DNA of 56,613 nt, counting the filler, from Squatina squatina (taxonomy: Eukaryota): assembly GCA_031763465.1 (NCBI GenBank). It is 3 parts of 2 records of this genome, joined end to end, with 100 filler letters (N's around TTAATTAATTAA, not from the genome) between each part and the next. Parts side by side here need not be neighbours in the genome. Positions count along the whole stretch, not along the records: positions 42,014 to 56,613 come from JARFOE010000219.1; 2 more parts are not named here. One strand, 5' to 3'. Positions within the stretch are counted from its first letter, which is position 1; each line of letters starts with the position of its first letter. This document shows positions 51,141 through 56,613 of the stretch, piece by piece. Both the position numbers and the translations under genes were made by a program. The notes under the pieces were generated by a model. It did not search any database. It was given only the letters and a program-made list of their open reading frames with translations, and was not told the DNA's origin.

Positions 51141-52529
51141 GAAAAAGAAAGACTTGCATCTCTCTTTCACAATCTCAGGACGTCCAATAAGGTGCTTTTG
51201 AAGCATAGTCACTATTGTAATGTAGGGAAACGCGGCAGCCATTTTGCGCACAGCAAGCTCCCACAGACAGCAATGAAACAAAGGACCAGATCGTATGTTT
51301 TATGATTTATTGTTTTGTTGTGAAAACCCAACTGGTTCATGAATGTACTTAAGGGAATGGAACCAGCCACCGTCCTGGCCTACAAGTGCTTCTCGTCCTA
51401 CAGTGTGGAGATGGTGCTTCGCGCCCTCGGTGTTGTTAGCTGGTTAAAACAGTGAGTAACTGAGCAGAAAGATTCTGGGCTCAATTCTAATCTGTCATGA
51501 ATTAGCTCTCACATGGGGCCAATGGCGCCAACACATCTGAATTCGGAATGGGGTGGGGGTGAAAAATATCTGTTCTGAGTCCTCACCCATGACTGCTGTC
51601 TAGTGACCTCCTGAAAGTGCGCAAGTGTGTGAGCGTCAGGTGCAAGCTCTGCTGGCTGAATAGCCTGCCTCATCAACAGTCCTTGCACATGACCCACAGC
51701 CACTTGGACTAAATATCAGAGGGCGACAGGTGCCTATGGACTCATATTCCAGCAAGAAATTGAGAGAGACGGGGAGAAAAAAACTGGCAGGCAGCAAAAT
51801 GGAGAGAAGGAAAAACAGGATGAATTAAAAGATGTTGCGAGGACTTAATTTAATTTATATCTCAGGAATGGGGTGGATCAAACAACAGTGGGGAGCAACA
51901 AGGAGATTGTATCTGTGTTACATGTAACCAAAATATAAATCTGGTCTTTATAACTTCTGGTCACTACACCGAGTGGGACAAAAATTATTTTTTGCCAAAC
52001 AGTGGTGAGAGACAGCAGTGGAGCCGCTTTGATATTTTACACGTGGTATATTGTTGGTTGAGTTTTCCACATCTACACCCTCCACCCCCACAGGACGAGC
52101 GAGCCTCCAACCCCACAGGAAGAGCGACTCGCCACACACCACTGATGAGCTCCACAACAGNNNNNNNNNNNNNNNNNNNNNNNNNNNNNNNNNNNNNNNN
52201 NNNNNNNNNNNNNNNNNNNNNNNNNNNNNNNNNNNNNNNNNNNNNNNNNNNNNNNNNNNNCACGGCTATAATTACGTAAGAAAACAATCTCTTCCCAGTA
52301 ATAATTACTCGAAAACATGGCCCATTTCTGTGGAATTTGGAATTCTGTGGCGGTTGCTACAATGTAACCAGCAAAAATGTAACAAAACCTGTGACTGGAA
52401 AAATAACAAATTAACTCTCATCACATCAGAATCATTTGTGCCCAAACACATCAATGTGGAAATAGATGAAGCGATTTTTTTTCTCCTCCCTTATAGTTGC
52501 ATGATATATATTTGCAGTACAATAGGGTG

Positions 52530-53294
52530 GAAAAAAGCCAATCTATTTTCAGCAGGCGTTGGTTGTGAAGAGGGGGAGCGGTTTAAAAAAAACAGGCTTA
52601 ACTCATAAAAGCAAACAAATTGTAACTGAGACCAGTCCTATTTTTTTATTTAAAAAAATAAATGAAATCATTGCAACGCTAAACAATAATAACAAACCGT
52701 GTTGAGTAGGTGAGGTTTGGTTTTTTTTAATGAAAGGATTGAAGTGGCGAAGCTCTCGGTGGCGGTTCGTGTATTTCCGTCTTTTTCCGGATGGCTACAT
52801 GAAGATGGAATCTCCCAGTGAGAACTGGTTGCAACCGGTTGTTAGATTTTTTTGTGTGTGTGAGGGGAAAGGCGAGCAGCCGCGAAAAGCTTCCCACATT
52901 CACTCCGGGATCTGTATATATATACACTAACACGTCCTGCTGCATTTTCAAAGCTTTACAGATGAGGTAAAAAGGAGGGAGAGATAAGGGGGGGAAAAAA
53001 AACCATAAGTTTGCACAGGATTGCTCATGGAAAGATAATTTATTTTCAACTCCAGCTTTGTAACAGAGGGAAAAAAAACCAGCACAAGAGAGGAGAACAA
53101 TATATATATATATATCATTATTGGAACAACTGCTGCCAAGTGAGCGCTTCTTGCTAAAGACCAAAGAGACTTTCTATTTTGCTCCAGATTTGGGAGAAGG
53201 GGGGAGGGAAGCTTGTTTTTTTTAATTATTCTTCATCTGGGTTAAATCGCAACTCAATCAAGGAGAATCTCGAGGAGGGATTTCTAATCACTAG
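52530..53294 (+). promoter_or_regulatory. Probable promoter and long non-coding first exon, likely of XPO1
   Basis: CCAAT near 52538, a CpG-enriched stretch at 52745-52910 with CCGGA/TTCCG motifs, and a strong donor CTAG|GTAAGT at 53295. It lies upstream of and co-oriented with the XPO1 ATG exon, but across gaps. Confidence 0.5.
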
Positions 53295-55800
53295 GTAAGT
53301 GGACCAGTTCTCTCTCTCTTTGCTTTATAACAGGCATGTGTTGTTTTTTTCAGGGGGGTATGGGGCCTGTATTTTGGCCTTCGACACGCTTAGGGGAGTG
53401 TCTTTCATTTTCACTGTAGTTTATCTTGGAGGGAGGGAAGGTAATCCGTTCAAATTTAAAAAAAAACCATACCAGTCCTGTGTTTGTATAGAGGCTGTTT
53501 TTGTTTTATTATTCATTGCAAAATAATGTTGACGTGTGTGTGTGTTTTTAAAATGTAATCTGGTGATACTCTCATTCACTGTTGTTTCCTCCCCTTTAAA
53601 AGAAAAAGATTTGTTTCAAACCCGTCTGCATGTACGAGTCTGTTTTAAGCTATACGGTTTTCCCAAAAATAAAGCTGCTTTTTTTTAATAGATAAATATT
53701 ATATAAATAGAATTGGAACTTATTCTCGGAATGAGTTTAAAGTACAGCTTAACTTATATTTTGATACATTTTTGGAAATACTGGCGTGAAGCGATTAACC
53801 TTTTTTTGGAGAGGGGTTGTAAATGGTAAAGTTTTTTTCTTTTAAAAGCTAATTTACTCCCCTCTTCCTCTCTGAAGGTATTGACTCTCACTGGGATACA
53901 GGTCTACGGGTACCCTGAGACTGTGCGTGTCCGCAGGATNNNNNNNNNNNNNNNNNNNNNNNNNNNNNNNNNNNNNNNNNNNNNNNNNNNNNNNNNNNNN
54001 NNNNNNNNNNNNNNNNNNNNNNNNNNNNNNNNNNNNNNNTATCTGCTTGGTTTTAACATCGTAAGAAATGTTAAAAAAATTTAATTCAAAAAAATTAATG
54101 GGACATTACTTTAAAAGCATTCCCTGTAAAGTAAAGTATGTTTCTAAACATTTCAAAAAAAATTGTGCTACTTATCTCCTTATAGCAGAGCTGCAAACCT
54201 TTCTCGTGCGTCTGGGCCCTATTATAGTCTTGTCAACTTCTGGATAACTTTTCCAGTCTGCAGCCTGGGAAGTTATGCTTGCCTTTAGGTTTGCATAAGA
54301 ATAGTTTGTTGTTTTTGGCTCTGTGAGCCACACAAAATCATTAGTTGAATCTCAGCAGGGATTCCAATAGGCATGCAAGAAGTTTACTATTTCCCTCTGG
54401 AACAAAGCTACAGTGCCAATTATTGGGAGTGATTTTCAGTTCAGTTTGTTTATCTGAATTAGTCACATTTATCTTATTTCATAACTACAAAAGTCTTTCA
54501 TTTTTATGCTTTTATATGTGTTATCAATTACTTCTGTTGTATTTGGGGCGATTTTAACCCACCCCGCCCAGCGGGCCTGGGGAGTCTGTGCAGTTAAAAT
54601 CACTTCCGGAAACTTACCTTCCATTCTCCAACCCGCTGCCACCTTAATTGGACCCTTGTTTTTTAGGCAGCCGAGACGCCTGTCTGACTCAGGCTGGAGC
54701 CTCATTATACATGGAAATCGGGGTTCTCGGATGTCATTAAGACCCAGATAGCTTTTTAACCGCCGACGGAGTGAGGTGCTTATCACGATCCACCCACTCA
54801 GCAAAATCTATCGGGGAAGCAGTGGAGGCCATAAAAGATAAGTTTTAAACTTATCTTTGTGGGGTCAGAAGTGGCAGGAGTGCTCCTCTAGGCCCCACGA
54901 GGTAAGTCTGGACCTCTACTGCCCCAACCCTCCCCACTTCCCACCTGCAAACCCTTGCCGAAACCTTCTCCCCACACAACTTACTTGAGCGTCAGTGGGC
55001 AGCCTTTAAGCCACCCGATCTTCACCTGCCAGTAGTCAGCCAGCTGTCTGTTTGTGCCTGTTTTTGGCAGGTAACTGACCAGCAGGATGTAAATAGTCTG
55101 TCAAATGTGTACACCAATCTTAGAGATGTATTGCTTTATTACTTCTTACTGATAATGAATGTTGAGAAAAGTAGGGTGATTACAAAGAGCATCAGGGTAA
55201 GGAATATGGATGTTTGGCAACCTCACAATGTGGATGGAGTTGGAAGGTTGGAACTGACAGATAATATTTCAGTAGCTCTTTCAGTGTATCCTGTTTGCAG
55301 TTAAGTAATAGAAAATACAACCAATCCACGCATTTATTTTAGTATGCACATATATATTGTGAAATTGTTTTAAACCACGTTTTGAACGTTGTAGACAAGG
55401 CAACCAAACTTGGGGGAAGTTGAGTTCCCGCCTTCCGGGCCCTTGTCTATTGGGTCTTTTGAAGGTGTTTGCCTGCGCCGCGCCTCTGGCTGGCTCGTCA
55501 GCTGTCGGTCTGGCGAGTGAGTTAGATTGTAGCAGATCCCCCGCGTGTTCACCGCGGGTATATTGAAAAACTTAAAAGTTGCGCGCTACCCAGAACATTT
55601 CGTTTATGACTTGCTTAAAAGACGATGGATCCTTACGGTGTGTCTCTCTCTATCGATGGGATCCTTACGGTGAGACNNNNNNNNNNNNNNNNNNNNNNNN
55701 NNNNNNNNNNNNNNNNNNNNNNNNNNNNNNNNNNNNNNNNNNNNNNNNNNNNNNNNNNNNNNNNNNNNNNNNNNNNATTTTTCCTCTTTTGCAGGACCCC

Positions 55801-56182
55801 ATGCCAACAATTATGACTACCGACCACCCTGCACGTCAGCTTCTGGACTTCAATCAGAAGCTAGACATTAACCTGCTGGATAATGTTGTGAATTGCTTGT
55901 ATCATGGGGAGGGCCCACAGGTAAGAATAAAACCGTTGGGTGGCCAGAGTGGTGATCTGTTTTTCTCTTGGCACTTTTTAAAAAAAAAAAGTAATTTATT
56001 CTTGTTTTGCCTTTAAAGAGTAAATGATGGTCTCTGAATAAATATGATCCACTAAATTCAGTGCTTTTCTGTTTTCCCAGCAACGAATGGCACAAGAGAT
56101 ATTAACCCATTTAAAAGAGCATCCAGACGCTTGGACCAGGGTAGATACCATTCTAGAATTTTCCCAGAATATGAACACAAAA
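55801..56182 (+). CDS. XPO1: Exportin-1 (CRM1), first two coding exons (55801-55920, 56081-56182)
   Basis: Acceptor TTTTGCAG at 55794, then MPTIMTTDHPARQLLDFNQKLDINLLDNVVNCLYHGEGPQ|QRMAQEILTHLKEHPDAWTRVDTILEFSQNMNTK with canonical splice sites. Confidence 0.95.
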
Positions 56183-56534
56183 GTAAGTACGATGTCAAAG
56201 AAAACTTCTATTGGTTACAAAACAATCAGAAGGGAAAATTAAAACAAAAAAAAAGCATTTTTTTTAAAATTAAAAAGGTAGCTCAATGCCTCGCTGCTTT
56301 TGCAAGTGGCGTCTTCAGAATAACACAAAGGGGAATTCTGAAGTGAGCTGTTGAAACAGCAGCCAAATGTGGGGCTGCTGAAATGGCCACAGACGCAGTA
56401 GCTTGCTTCATGTTTAAACCATTGCACTGTTGCCAGTTAACTCCAATTAGGTAGTGGCTATTATTAAAAGTCCAATTACAGCTGCTAGCTTTATTTTAGA
56501 TATATTTACATGGGAATCTTGAGAGAAAAAAAAC

Positions 56535-56613
56535 AAATCTCTCTTCTAGGAACAGGAAGAGGCCATTCCGCCCCTTGAGCCTGTTCCACCATTCAGTTAG
56601 ATGATGGCTGATC
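56535..56613 (-). mobile_element. LINE 3' tail, runs off the window
   Basis: AGGAACAGGAAGAGGCCATTCCGCCCCTTGAGCC..GATGGCTGATC is similar to 49537-49593. Confidence 0.6.

Overview
Eukaryotic, intron-rich DNA from a vertebrate, most likely a cartilaginous fish. The evidence is the DeuSINE/SacSINE1-type SINEs, abundant CR1/L2-like LINE debris and Harbinger elements. The window is not one continuous locus. It is a chain of short contigs joined by N gaps (mostly 100 N). Two artificial N44-TTAATTAATTAA-N44 linkers (17081-17092, 41958-41969) split it into three blocks. Block 1 has HNRNPD (+, six coding exons plus 3'UTR exons), the last two exons of SDC4 (+) and three ETNPPL-type exons (-). Block 2 has eleven ANAPC4 exons (-) in non-collinear order and an unidentified LRRCT-transmembrane gene end (-). 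It also has a Harbinger Myb/SANT ORF interrupted by a spliced EIF2B3 cDNA fragment. Block 3 has five ENTPD5 exons (+), a dead Harbinger transposase, one ZNF410 zinc-finger exon (-) and the first coding exons of an XPO1 gene (+). I cannot support a wholly new biological system. The best leads are the 110-bp intron-less EIF2B3 patch inside a transposon gene, a candidate stop-containing cassette exon in HNRNPD, a possibly paralogous XPO1 in ENTPD5/ZNF410 context, and the orphan LRR membrane gene. Gene identities and exon numbers rest on recalled human protein sequences, not on database searches. Any adjacency across a gap is unverified.
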